Source: Octopus vulgaris
Lineage: Eukaryota
Assembly (NCBI GenBank): GCA_951406725.2
Contig: OX597827.1
Location: forward strand, 60,760,001-60,824,000
Direction: 5' to 3'
DNA length: 64,000 nt
The position numbers were made by a program, and so were the translations under genes. The notes below the pieces were generated by a model. The model had not been told where the DNA came from and searched no databases. It saw nothing but the letters and a program-made list of their open reading frames with translations. Position 1 is the first letter of the stretch; every line of letters begins with the position of its first letter. Below are positions 14,304-26,995 of this stretch, one piece after another.

Positions 14304-14363
14304 TAGGTTCTGAAGATACACCATAAAGGTACCCTTTATGGCGAGAAACCCAAGGTAACCCAA
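14304..14363 (+). ncRNA. Type I hammerhead motif (right arm)
   Basis: taggtt CTGAAGA tacaccataaaggtaccctttatggcga GAAA cccaagg TA accca, then AATAAA. Confidence 0.65.
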
Positions 14364-14435
14364 TAAACTGGCCTTCACCAGTAATATATATATATATAAA
14401 TGTATAATATATATGTATATATGTCTCTCTCTCTC

Positions 14436-14470
<35 letters not shown>

Positions 14471-14471
14471 A

Positions 14472-14524
<53 letters not shown>

Positions 14525-14735
14525 GTACATATATATGTGTATATATGTATATATATACATATATATATATATACATACATGTTTATATATATATATATAC
14601 ATATATATATATGGAGGTAGAGAAATAGAAACAAAAATATATATATTATAATTAAAATAATGAAATTTTTATAAACAAAATTTTAAAGCATTGCAAAGCA
14701 TCAGCGTTTAAAAATAAAAGAAATAAAAAAACAGG

Positions 14736-14869
14736 TTATAATACAGCAAGGATATAGTTTACCAAACAGCGGAATTGTGTCCATAAAACCATAATAATCA
14801 GCTCTACTAATTCAATGGCTGTCACAAGGCTTGCTCCAAGGAAAAGTCCCATCTGGCCACCGAATTGAG
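14736..14869 (-). CDS. DEG/ENaC channel, last coding exon (TM2, GAS filter)
   Basis: Acceptor TTCACAG|; AQFGGQMGLFLGASLVTAIELVELIIMVLW...VL*; the joined CDS is 1482 nt (493 aa plus stop) with all phases consistent. Confidence 0.92.
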
Positions 14870-15623
14870 CTGTGAAAGTACATACAACAATGACAATAAA
14901 AAAAGCACTAGATGTCTGCCAAGTCATTTTTGATTAAATTAAGGAGTAAAAAATGTTTTCATTCACTTTGTACATTTGCTCAACACCAAATGGGCCAGTA
15001 ACATAAGTAAACTGTCATCTACTTTGGAAATATATATAGAATGACATATATATATATGGCCGTTGCCAGCTTCATCTGGTCCCCGTGCTGGTGGTACGTA
15101 AAAAGCACCATCCGATCGTGGCCGTTTGCCAGCTTCGTCTGGCTCCTGTGCCGGTGGCACGTAAAAAGCACCCACTACACTCACAGAGTGGTTGGCATTA
15201 GGAAGGGCATCCAGCTGTAGAAACACTGCCAGATCAGACTGGGCCTGGTGCTGCCTTCTGGCTTCCCAGACCCCAGTTGAACCGTCCAACCCATGCCAGC
15301 ATGGAAAGCGGACGTTAAATGATGATGATGATGATGATATATATACAATTTAAAAATAGGATAAAATCTTTATAAGAATTTAGCAAGTAGTTAGCATGAA
15401 AAACCTTATAAGAGAAAAAAATCCACCAATTTTTTCACTTAAGTATATTTATTCATATTATATAGAGGGCATTATTATACATAAATGCCACATGCTAGGA
15501 GGGACTCTTAAAGTCAAAACTACCAAAATAAATAAACACATCATACTGAATGCAACTCTTGAAGCATTTTTAAAGGTGTTTCCTTTAACTAGTTTTGCTT
15601 ATATCGTTATTTCTGTTCTATTT

Positions 15624-15679
15624 TAACAAAACCTGTCTGATGAACAGGAACGTGAAACTCTGAGTAACAGCTTTTGTTA
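15624..15679 (+). ncRNA. Minimal type I hammerhead ribozyme motif
   Basis: taacaaaac-ctgt CTGATGA ac-aggaac-gt GAAA ctc-t-gag TA acag-c-ttttgtta: intact core, long stem I, GUA site; AATAAA and (TA)n follow. Confidence 0.8.
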
Positions 15680-15701
15680 TATTTCTGCTGCTTTTAATAA
15701 A

Positions 15702-15737
<36 letters not shown>

Positions 15738-16034
15738 TTTATTTAATAAACACAATATATATTTTTATGTGATACTAAATAGTTTCATGTGATGAAAGCA
15801 GCTCAGACAGCGTTTTTTAACATGTCTGGTGTCTTCACGCAATCCTCAGACTGAGGATTGCGTGAAGACATCAGACATATTTAAAAAATGCTGTCTGATC
15901 TGTTTTCATCACAAGAAATTATTAGTAGCTCATAAAAATATATATTGTGGTTATTAAACAGTATTTATCACTCACCAGATGGAGTTCTTTTGTTTTGTTA
16001 ATCTTACTATCATGGAACAGTACACTACACTACA

Positions 16035-16077
<43 letters not shown>

Positions 16078-16683
16078 CATGTATGTGAATGTGTGTTAAA
16101 TGATCAATTGTAAGGTCTCTCATAAGTATTGCTGGTAACATGGAGGCCAGTACAACTTGTTGTATGGTCAGGCTGTTGGCAACTAAACTGGCACCCCAGC
16201 CAAGCTAGCCTGGTGATGAAGGTGGCTAGAAATCCAACAGGACTAAAAACAAGACCTGTCAAAAGGACAGATGAACTTAATGTAGGTTCGATGGCTATCT
16301 ATCACAGGCCTTCAGACACTCCAGATCTGGCATGCTGGAAGACCTCTGGGAGCGAGGCACCCATCAGCTTTTTTTAAAGTATTTCTGTAGTAGAAGGTCA
16401 GTCTGATACAAAACCAGATATGCAAGGAATAGCATTGGACATTTTAGAGATTTTTATTTGCTCTTGAGCTGATGGCACTTCTACATTTCTGGGTCCACAA
16501 TCCATATTCATAATAGATATCTTACCTTCACTACTCTCTGGATCATGTCAGTAGAGTGGAGAGGGTTTATGAGGTGTCATGATACTCTTATTGGACTTAA
16601 AATTTTGCTTAGCCATTACTGACATTTTGCATTAGCATTATTTTGAAGCAATGGTCATAATTGTCTACTGAGTCAACAGTCAT

Positions 16684-16729
<46 letters not shown>

Positions 16730-16859
16730 GTGCTTCTCATAATGTAAATGAGTGCATTACATTCATGTAATGGAAAAATAAATTCACATCTATTTAATTA
16801 ACCAAACAATTAAATAATCAAAGGAAATAATTAAAAAAAATTAAATGGTATGTATTTAC

Positions 16860-16951
16860 CTAAAAATGCCTCTGATGTATACATTTCTTGTTCTGACATT
16901 TCTTTTAAAATCAAACTTTCATAATAAAGATGTATTTTGAATTTAGTGGGC
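16860..16951 (-). CDS. DEG/ENaC channel, coding exon 7
   Basis: Acceptor ATTCAG|; PTKFKIHLYYESLILKEMSEQEMYTSEAFL; donor G|GTAAAT, phase 1. Confidence 0.85.
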
Positions 16952-17004
16952 CTGAATAAAAAAAATGTGTCACATTAACAGCTAATTACTACAATTGTTT
17001 TAAT

Positions 17005-17420
17005 ATAACGCCTTTCAACAATTACACATGCAAAAGCACTTCAATCCATAAACACCAGCAGAAGTGCCAGACCCAGGACTTCATAGTATCATTCAGGACC
17101 AGAATATAATACAGGCAACCTCTGAATCAAGGAGGCCATCCTTATTACAAGCTGAAGCCAGCTTTAAACACTAGAAAAGAGCTACACAAAGCAGGCTGGC
17201 TGTTATAACAACACCAGTCTGTGTATGTCCTTATCCTCTTTCATATATCTGAGCAATGACTTATTCCATCTCTCTCTTCTCCATGTCTCCTGAGGAAGAG
17301 GTCATAACTCCAAAATATCAAATTACAAGGTAAAAACTTCAACTGTTGTTCTGTTTTCACTTTTCTAGTTCACTTTGTATTTCATTTTTGCCCTGTTTTG
17401 ACCTTATGAAATTTTTATCC
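17005..17420 (+). mobile_element. Penelope/Poseidon-type GIY-YIG C-terminus plus 3' region
   Basis: TSIHKHQQKC...IKEAILIT/LKPALNTRKEL; downstream CTGAGGA-agag...ctc-CAAAA degenerate hammerhead near 17290. Confidence 0.6.
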
Positions 17421-19374
17421 AATTACTTATTAATTATAAACACAACAATTTTTATTGATATTTGCATTACCCTTCTTTGCTGCTAGTAATTATCCATTTT
17501 CTATGCCACTCAGTTTTGACATCCATCACATTCAATGCTACCAAGAATTTCTACAAGTATACACTGCACACACTCTTGTCCAAGATTCTGTGCTATTATT
17601 GTTTCCTTGCCATTGCTTTCTCCTTGTCAGCCAGGAAACAACAAAAAGATATAGCCATTATTTTTGAAAACATTTTTCAATGAACAGCATTTTTAAAGCA
17701 TTTGTTACTTAATTGGTTTGACTGAGAAGTTGAAGTTATTAGCAAAATGACTGGCATAATTTAAAACCTTTAGCATTCATATTATTCTGTCAAATGTAAG
17801 TTTTATTTATTCACTTTGTTTTGAATTAATCTTGCATTATTTCAAAGTTTCAAGATTTCGATGGCATGCTTGTTTAATTTTGGAATGGTGCAAGAGGCTA
17901 GATCTGGCTGGTTTGGACATAAAAAAAATAGAATATTTAGACTCAATATGGCTAAATGCTAAAAGGTTAATGTTACACACAAATAATATTTCTTTCTTTT
18001 TCTTTCTTTTACTTGTTTCAGTCATTTGACTGTAGCCTGCTGAGGCACCGCTTTTAGTTGAGCAAATCGACCCCAGAACTTATTCTTTGTAAGCCTAGTA
18101 CCTATTCTTCCGGTCTCTTTTGCCGAACCACTAAGTTATGGGGACGGCAACACACCAGCATCAGTTGTCAAGCTATGTTAAGGGGACAAACATAGACACA
18201 CAAACTTATACACACACATACATTTATATATATATACATATATACGACAGGCTTTTTCAGCTTCCATGTACAAAATCCACTCACAAGGCTTTGGTCGGCC
18301 CGAGGCTATAGTAGAAGACACTTGCCCAAGGTGCCACGCTGTGGGACTGAACCCGGAACCATGTGGTTGGTAAGCAAGCTCCTTACCACATGGCCACTCC
18401 TATCTTAAAGCAATTACATACTCACACACAGACTCACACACATAAACACACATCAAGCCATATCTTAGAGCAGGCAACATATTTGATTATCTTTGACATT
18501 TCAAAAATTCTCTAATATTTGACACGTTGTTCACAATTATTAAAGCTAAATACATATTGTCTAAGAGGGTTACGATACCCTCCTCCCTCCTTCTCTTCCC
18601 TTCATCCACCATTACTTCTTCCCCTCCCTTACTCTTTCCTCCTCCCCCTCCCCCTCCCCCTCTTCCTCCTCCACCTTTTCCACCTCCACCACCTCCTTCT
18701 CCTCCTCCTCCTCAACCACCACCACCTCCTCCTCATCATCATTGTTTTAATGTCAACTTTTCCTTTTCTTGCTTGGGTCAGATGGAATTTTCTGAGGCAA
18801 ATTTTCTATGGCCAGACGCACTTCTTATCATTTACCTTCACCTGTCTTTAAGCAAAATAATATTTTCCCATGGTCAAACAGAAATGCTTTCAAGAAAGCC
18901 TGGAAACAAATGACATTGCTTGTATGACAGTCACATTCATTTCCTACTATTATTGGATATCAAGTCAAAGATGCACACACATACATGCACACAAGCATAC
19001 ACACACACATGCATGCTCACACATATATGTGTGTGTGTGTTACTGTCTCCTTGCCTTGACATTGCATAATAGTTGTAAACAAGTGACATCGTCATGCGAA
19101 TGGTGTCTGTCATTTCCCATCTTCTGTGAAAAACATGTCTGGTCATGGGCAAATATTGGTTTCCTTGGAAACAGGTAAGGGTTGGCAACAGGAAGAGCAT
19201 TCAACCAAAGAAAATCTGCCTCAACAAATTCAGTCCAACCCATACAAACATGGAACAGCAGATGCTAAAACTATGATATATATATATATATATATATGCA
19301 TATATATATGTATGTATGCATATATATCTATCTTTCTATCTACCTATCTCTCTCTCTCTCTCTCCCTCTCACGC

Positions 19375-19448
<74 letters not shown>

Positions 19449-20321
19449 AGAGATGTACTCGCATAGCAAGTGATTTGATCTGAGATTGTGTGCTGGAACA
19501 AAAACAATTGCAGCGTGGAAGGTGTTTGTAAGCCATTTAAGAAACACACAAGAGCCGTTCGATTGTATAGCTTGTGTCTATAGTAGAAAAGATTGCTTGA
19601 CAACTGGTGTTTGTATGTTTATATCCCTATATCTACTATAGACACAAGGCCTGAAAATTTGGGGAAGGGGCAAGTCGATTACATCGACCCCAGTGCGAAA
19701 CTAGTACTTAATTTATTGACCCCAAAAGGATGAAAGGCAAAGTCGACCTCGGCAGAATTTGAACTCAGAACGTAACGTTAGACGAAATACCTATTTGTTT
19801 ACTACCCAAAAGGGGTTAAACATAGAGAGGACTAACAAGGACAGACAAACGGATTAAGTCAATTATATCGACCCCAGTGCGTGAATGGTAATTATTTAAT
19901 CGATCCCGAAAGGATGAAAGACAAAGTTGACCTCGGTGGAATCTGAACTCAGAACATAGCAGCAGGCAAAATACCACTAAGCATTTCGTCCAGTATGCTA
20001 ACGATTCTGCCAACTTGCCACCTTCACCAGTTGTCAAGTAATGGTGAGGGACAAACACAAACACATGCACACACATATGATAGGTTTCCTTCAGTTTCCA
20101 AATCTTCTCACAAGGTTTTGGTTGACCTAAAGCTATAGTAGAAGACCCTTGTTCAAGATACTACACAGTGGGACTGAACCTGTAACCATGTGGTTGTGAA
20201 CAAATCTTCTTACCACACAACCACAATCAATTTTACCCCCTGCACACTGATTTAGTAATATAGTGATACATTTACAGAAAATTCACAAGAAACACATATA
20301 TAGAGTTATCGTTATACATAC

Positions 20322-20439
20322 AATTTATGTGCTGGCCGTGGGTAGTATGCTACTGATGTACTTATAGAATATGAGGTAAATGAACAGCTACGGATACAAT
20401 TACACATATTCAAATGTGATTTGTTTGAAAAGAATTCGT
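20322..20439 (-). CDS. DEG/ENaC channel, coding exon 6
   Basis: Acceptor TTTTCAG|; DEFFSNKSHLNMCNCIRSCSFTSYSISTSVAYYPRPAHK (CxCxxxC..Y..S...YP); donor TT|GTATGT, phase 2. Confidence 0.85.
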
Positions 20440-20848
20440 CTGAAAATAGAAGAAAGAAATAAAAGTCCTTTATATATATTCTCTGCTGAAATCTGGAATA
20501 TGAGTTGTTTTGACAGGTGTGGCCATGCAGTTAAGATGCTTGCTCTCCAATCTTGTGGTCTTGGGTTCTGTCCATCAGTGTGACACAATAAGTAAGTATC
20601 TTCTACTTAGTCTCAGGCTGATCAAAGCCTTGTAAGTGTATTTGGTAGATGGAAACTAAAACCCATCATATATATATATACACACACACACTCACACACA
20701 CATACACATATATATACACATATATACACATATAATGGTGTGAAATTGTTAGGATATTTTGGGTGATAACTGACGAGGAATTAGCAACGTTCTGCTTTGT
20801 GTGTGAATTTTCTGTTTGTTCCTTTGTCGCATTTCTGCTCAAATTTTG

Positions 20849-20902
<54 letters not shown>

Positions 20903-21090
20903 TATTTGAGTAGTTGAATGAATTATCTTGTTAAGGATAATTTGGTTAATTCGATACCTGGGTGGCAACTTCACATCAGAGAAGACACGTTTAAAGTTAC
21001 GTGCTTTCGTGTGGAAATTTAAATGTTTTTTTTTAAAATATAAATATATGAAAGAATGGAGTTGAACGACGAATTAACAAAATTCCTTTA

Positions 21091-21173
21091 TTTTCGACAT
21101 ATGTTTCGAAGGCTGCATATTCCTAATTGCGAAGGAATAAGGAGTATATTATGCCGCTTTCTCATCAGGAAAA
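21091..21173 (-). ncRNA. Type I hammerhead motif (left arm of palindrome)
   Basis: Reverse complement: ttttc CTGATGA gaaagc...gccttc GAAA catatg TC gaaaa; palindromic stem III, GUC site, overlapping AATAAA. Confidence 0.78.
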
Positions 21174-21316
21174 GCAAGGACTTATGTCAACATCAAGATG
21201 CACAAAAAACTTTCAGATGACTGCTCACACGGAGCCCATAGATTATCACTATGGGCTCCGTGTGAGCAATCATCTGAAAGTTTTTGTGCATCTTGATGTT
21301 GACATAAGTTCCTTGC

Positions 21317-21399
21317 TTTTCCTGATGAGAAAGCGGCATAAAATACTCCTTATTCCTTCGCAATTAGGAATATGCAGCCTTCAAAACATATGTCGAAAA
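21317..21399 (+). ncRNA. Hammerhead motif, G12-to-A mutated copy (right arm)
   Basis: ttttc CTGATGA ... ccttc AAAA catatg TC gaaaa. Confidence 0.6.
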
Positions 21400-22664
21400 T
21401 AAAGGAATTTTGTTAATTCGTCGTTCAACTCCATTCTTTCATATATATATATAAAATTTAGATTCAGGAACTTAGGTACTTAATTTAAAGGCACTAGAAT
21501 TTAGTATGGTATTATCCATATAATTCAAAATGGGGTGATTATAATCAAAATAAGCAACAAGGATACCTCTAGATATCCTTGTTACTTATTTTGATTATAT
21601 ATATACAGCAAATAAGAAAGTGGAGAGGATACAAAACGACATACATCATCCGGTAGACATTCCAGTGTGTCTATTTATTCCAAAGCATTAGAAAATATTA
21701 GAAGAAAACATAAGATCTTTTGCTCGTCTCTGTAATATTAATACATGTGTGTGTAATGCATAGTTACTACATGTGTATGCTTTCTTCTAATACTTTCTAA
21801 TGCTTTGGAATAAATAGACACGCTGGAATTCTACAAAATGATGTATGTCATTTTGTATCCTCTCCATTTTTTATTTGCTGTATAAATTAAGGGTAAACCA
21901 CATTTTACCCCCACCCATATATGACACTCAATTGCAAGATTGCTATGCAATAACCAGCATTTGGGTATGAATAATTGGGTATTCTACCAGCAGTATATTC
22001 GATTGGCACTATCCCTTAGTTGGTTGGTTTCCCAACCTCTAACTCTCATTTTTCTCTCTTTCTCTTTTTATTAGTTTCAGTCATTTGACTGCGGCCATGC
22101 TGGAGCACCGCCTTTAATCGAGCAACTCGACCCCGGGACTTATTCTTTTGTAAGCCCAGTACTTAATCTATCGGTCTCTTTTGCCGAACCGCTAAGTAAT
22201 GAGGGTGATAATTTGAATATTAATTTAATTAATATCAATTTAAAGCCAGTAGCCTAGCATATAGAAAAATCTAAAAATTCAGAAAAATCATACGCATGTA
22301 TATATATATATATATATATACTCTTTTACTCTTTTACTTGTTTCAGTCATTTGACTGCGGCCATGCTGGAGCACCACCTTTTAGTACTTATTCTATTGGT
22401 CTCTTTTTGCCGAACCGCTAAGTGACGGGGACCTAAACACACCAGCAATGCTAGGGAGACAAACACAGACACACAAACACACGCATACATATATATATAC
22501 ATATATACGACAGGCTTCTTTCACTTTCCGTCTACCAAATCCACTCACAAGGCATTGGTCGGCCCGGGGCTATAGCAGAAGACACTTGCCCAAGATGCCA
22601 CGCAGTGGGACTGAACCCGCAACCGTGTGGTTGGTTAGCAAGCTACTTACCACACAGCCACTCC

Positions 22665-22707
<43 letters not shown>

Positions 22708-23347
22708 GTATATACATACATACATATATCTCTTTACTCTTTTACTTGTTTCAGTCATTTGATTGCAGGCATGCTAGACCACTGCCTTTTGTCGAGCAAA
22801 TTGACCCCAGGACTTATTCTTTGTAAGCCTAGTACTTATTCTATCGGTCTCTTTTGCTAAACCACTGAGTTACGGGGACGTAAAAACAACAACATCATTG
22901 TCAATCGATGTTGGAGGGGGCAAACACAGACACACAAACACACACACACACACACACATACATATATACGACAGGCTTCTTTCAGTTTCCGTTTACCAAA
23001 TCCACTCAGAAGACTTTGATCGGCCCAAGGCTATAGTAGAAGACACTTGCCTGAGGTGACTGACAGTACAGGGTAGCACCTACATTACTAGAAATAAGAG
23101 TTAAAAGCCTTTATAGCCACAGGAAGCTCATGTCTATGCACTGACGGGGGAGATAACCACCCCACAGCAAGCGATACTAGTCTAGTTTTGCTTTGAATTA
23201 AAGCTCCTCAGTGATGACTACTCCATCACTGAATGGTTTAGCTAAATTCCAACTGTCAGTATAATACACACTTACACACATACATACATACATACATACA
23301 TACATACATACATACATACATACATACATACATACATACACACATAC

Positions 23348-23378
<31 letters not shown>

Positions 23379-23875
23379 AACATATATACATATGTATATA
23401 TATAAATATATATATATTTATGTATACACACACACATAACATACATATATATATTATATATATATGTGTATATATATATGTGTATGTATGTGTATGTATG
23501 TATGTATGTATGTATGTATGTATGTATGTATGTATGTATGTATATGATGGACTCATACTTTCCATCAACCGAATTCACTCACAAGATGTCATACAGTTTG
23601 AGCTCAAAACCACATTGTTTAATGAATGAGCTTCTTAACCACACACCCACATAAAATGTGGACAGCAATTTAAATAAATAAAATGTTATTAGAATGGAAA
23701 TATATATATATTTTTTATGGAATGACGTCAGGATATATATAACTTAGATTGTGATTGCAAACATATAGCATTGTGTTATTGACGTTTACGTCTGAAATAC
23801 AGATGCTGCTGTGAAAATAAATACTGAAATATTAATATATTAGACACAACTGATTATAGGTTTCCTGTTTAAATA

Positions 23876-24005
23876 TAAGGTTGTCCCAAAAGTTCGTAAA
23901 CATAAATGTCTTTATTTTAAGGAATAATTTTTGTTGTTTTTGTTAATACTTGGCGAGTAAAAATTCAATTTTCGCAAGTGTTTACGAACTTTTGGGACAA
24001 CCTAA
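23876..24005. mobile_element. Tc1/mariner-type MITE
   Basis: About 27-bp TIRs (aggttgtcccaaaagttcgtaaaca), TA flanks. Confidence 0.75.
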
Positions 24006-24007
24006 TA

Positions 24008-24570
24008 TTATTAGGTTGAGGGAAAAGTTTGTGCAGTGTGTTAAAATAATGTTTTGTTTTTTTTTAATATATATATTTTTGTGGGAGGCACAATGGCCTA
24101 GTGATTAGGGCAGTGGACTCGCAGTTGGAGGATCGCGGTTTCGATTCCCAGACCGAGCATTGTGTGTGTTTATTGAGCGAAAACACTGAAAGGTCTATGA
24201 GGCTCTGGTAGGGGTGGTGGCAACCCCTGCTGTACTTTTTCACTCCAACTTTCTCTCACTCTTTCTTCCTGTTTCTTGAGTAACGCTGCGATGGACTGGC
24301 GTCCCGTCCAGCTGTGGGGAACACATACGCCACAGAAACTGGAAAACCGGGTCTATGAGCCTGGCTAGGCTTGAAAAGTGCTCATAAATAAATAAACAAA
24401 TATATTTTTGTGATGTGTGTGTTAATTCAGTTCATGTCATGTTCAGTGGTGACTCACTGTCTGTGTGTCCAGACGTTGCTCCATCTGACAATGGTCTTTT
24501 TTGATCAATGCAGCACTTTATGAAGGTCGCTGATTTAGGGTCATTCGATGAAGCTGAAGAAGCCTATAAA
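24008..24570 (+). mobile_element. Mariner relic interrupted by a SINE (about 24085-24395)
   Basis: TIR-like tattaggttgagggaaaag; PDVAPSDNGLF*SMQH. Confidence 0.5.
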
Positions 24571-24759
24571 ATGACTCTGCCCTGTCAGAGAAAGTTTCAA
24601 ATCAAAGTTGAAGGATTGGTACTTTGACCAAATCCAAAAGCTTGCAGATTGTTGACCGAAGGTCATGGAAAATGCTGGTCTTTATTTTGAAGAATAGTTG
24701 TTGTTGTTTTTGAATAAATTCTTGCATAAAAATGGCTGAAACAAGTAAAGAGTATTGAT

Positions 24760-24859
24760 ATTGTTGTTGCTATCATTGCCGTCATCATCATTGCTCTTAT
24801 CATCATTATCATCACTGTCATCATTCTTGTCATCTTCATCAACATCATCATCATCATCG

Positions 24860-24930
<71 letters not shown>

Positions 24931-25008
24931 GTCATCATCATCATCATCATCATCATCATCTTCATCATCATCATCATCGTCATCATCATCATCATCATCA
25001 TCATCATC

Positions 25009-25083
<75 letters not shown>

Positions 25084-25091
25084 TTCATCAA

Positions 25092-25144
<53 letters not shown>
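24760..25144. repeat. (CAT)n microsatellite
   Basis: Direct reading. Confidence 0.95.
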
Positions 25145-25169
25145 CAAATATAAAGAAAACAATACTTAC

Positions 25170-25226
25170 CAGTAGCACTTTTTTCACAGGTTATATATTC
25201 CCGAAATGTACATCTACGATTATTTC
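25170..25226 (-). CDS. DEG/ENaC channel, coding exon 5
   Basis: Acceptor TTTTGAAG|; (G)NNRRCTFREYITCEKSAT; donor G|GTAAGT; phase 1 to 1 fits both neighbours. Confidence 0.75.
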
Positions 25227-25609
25227 CTTCAAAATAAAAAAAAATATTTTTGAAATCTCTATTATAAATGTAATAAACTGTGATGTAATTCATTAGAAAT
25301 TTGAACAATATATTCTTTTCTACTTTAGGCACCAGGACCGAAACTTTGGGGAGTAGGGGGCAATAGATTAGATCGACCCTAGTAAGCAACTGGTACTTGA
25401 TTCATCGACCCCAAAAGGATGAAAGGCAAAGTTGACCTCGGTGGAATTTGAACTCAGAATGTTAAGACAGACAATTTGAATAATATATTCTTTTCTACTC
25501 TAGGCACAAATTTTGGGAGAGGGGGCCAGTTGATTAGATCGACCCCAGTAAACAACTGGTACTTAATTTATCAACCCTGAAATTTGAACTCAGAACATAA
25601 ACTTTTTTT

Positions 25610-25820
25610 TTTCTACTATAGGCACAAGGCCTGGATTTTGTGGGGAGGGGGATAGTCGATCACATCGACCCCAGTACTCAACTGGTACTTGATTTACCGA
25701 CCTTGAAAGGATGAAAGGCAAAGTCGACCTCGGCGGAATTTGAACTCAGAACGTAGCAGCAGACAAAAAACTGCTAAGCATTTCGCCCGGCATGCTAACG
25801 ATTCTGCCAGTTCGCCGCCT
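25610..25820 (-). mobile_element. tRNA-derived SINE, family 2, Nin-domain-like (copies near 19640-20020, 29420-29655, 40828-41040, 57545-57995)
   Basis: Reverse complement GAGTTCAAATTCCGCCGAGGTCGACTTTGCCTTTCATCCTTTC...AAGTACCAG. Confidence 0.75.
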
Positions 25821-26776
25821 TGATTTGAATAATATATTACAAGGACGGACAAGCTGTTCAGCAAAAGAACTACATTTGATATTTTATTAATGTTTAAAGG
25901 CTTCATCATACTGTATTTTCAGTCATAGAAGTCTAGGCCAGAATTTTCAGCCAAAATAGGTAGGTTAAGTTATACACCAAAACAACTTTGGAAGACCAAG
26001 AATTCAATGTGAAATGCAGCAAGATTTAGAAAAATAGTTGACAATGTTTGAATGTTTATACTATATTCTTTTACTCTTTTACATGTTTCAGTCATTTATT
26101 AGTGGCCATGCTGGAACACTTTGGCACAAGAGACTGTCTGGATTAAAATTAACCTTAAATAGTGAGTGTCAAGGACAAAATTAACTTATAAGAGACCCAA
26201 CTTTGCATTAGAACCCGGGTGGGTTTTTTTTTAGATATATTTTTGAAACAAAATGTTCATCATATTTGCCATTAAATGCAGTTCTTTAAAATCAAATTGG
26301 GGAGATATTAAATCTGTTTTATGAAAATAGCACTAAAACCACAATGGCCTCTGCTCGAGCCACTTTCACTCTGGTATTTCCAGCTGATTTATCTTTCCTT
26401 CTCTCATCACCACCATTGTATTCATCCCCACTAGACATTTCACTAATCCCTGTGCCTTGTTCTTCTTTGCCAGAACCACTGGAATCCCCAAATACTCCTA
26501 CTCCTACCTGCTTGTGTCTTTCTTGCAGTTGTTGCCTTATAAAGGTTCAAGAGAAAGTGATTTCAAATTTTGCCACAAGGCCAGCAATTTTGGGGGGAGA
26601 GGGTAAGTGTTCAATTGGTACTTATTTTATTGACCCTGAAAGGATAAAAGGCAAGTCAACCTCTGCAGAATTTGAACTCAGAACACGAAGATAGATGAAA
26701 TGCCACTAAACATGTTGCCAGGCATGCTAACAATTCTGCCAGCTTTCTGTCTTGTTCAAGAGGAATATTAAAGGCA

Positions 26777-26995
26777 TTAACCCTTTTGTTACTGTATTTA
26801 TTTTGAGATACTCTGTGTTTCTTTCAATTACTTTAAAGAATTTAGTAAAATAACTTGGTTATCATTCAGTTAGTTTTAGGAGCATAAATTGTGACTAAGG
26901 TTTGGTGGAAGATTTTAATTCAAAACTTATGAAAACAAGACATTTATAATCAGAGCCAGAGCCAGTTTCAGCCAGGTTGGTAATGAAAGGGTTAA
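26777..26995. mobile_element. TTAA-flanked piggyBac-like MITE
   Basis: TTAA|CCCTTTTG...GAAAGGG|TTAA. Confidence 0.75.

Noticed and set aside
20765-21010. CTGACGA and GAAA words suggesting another hammerhead
   Set aside because: I could not assemble consistent stems or spacing.
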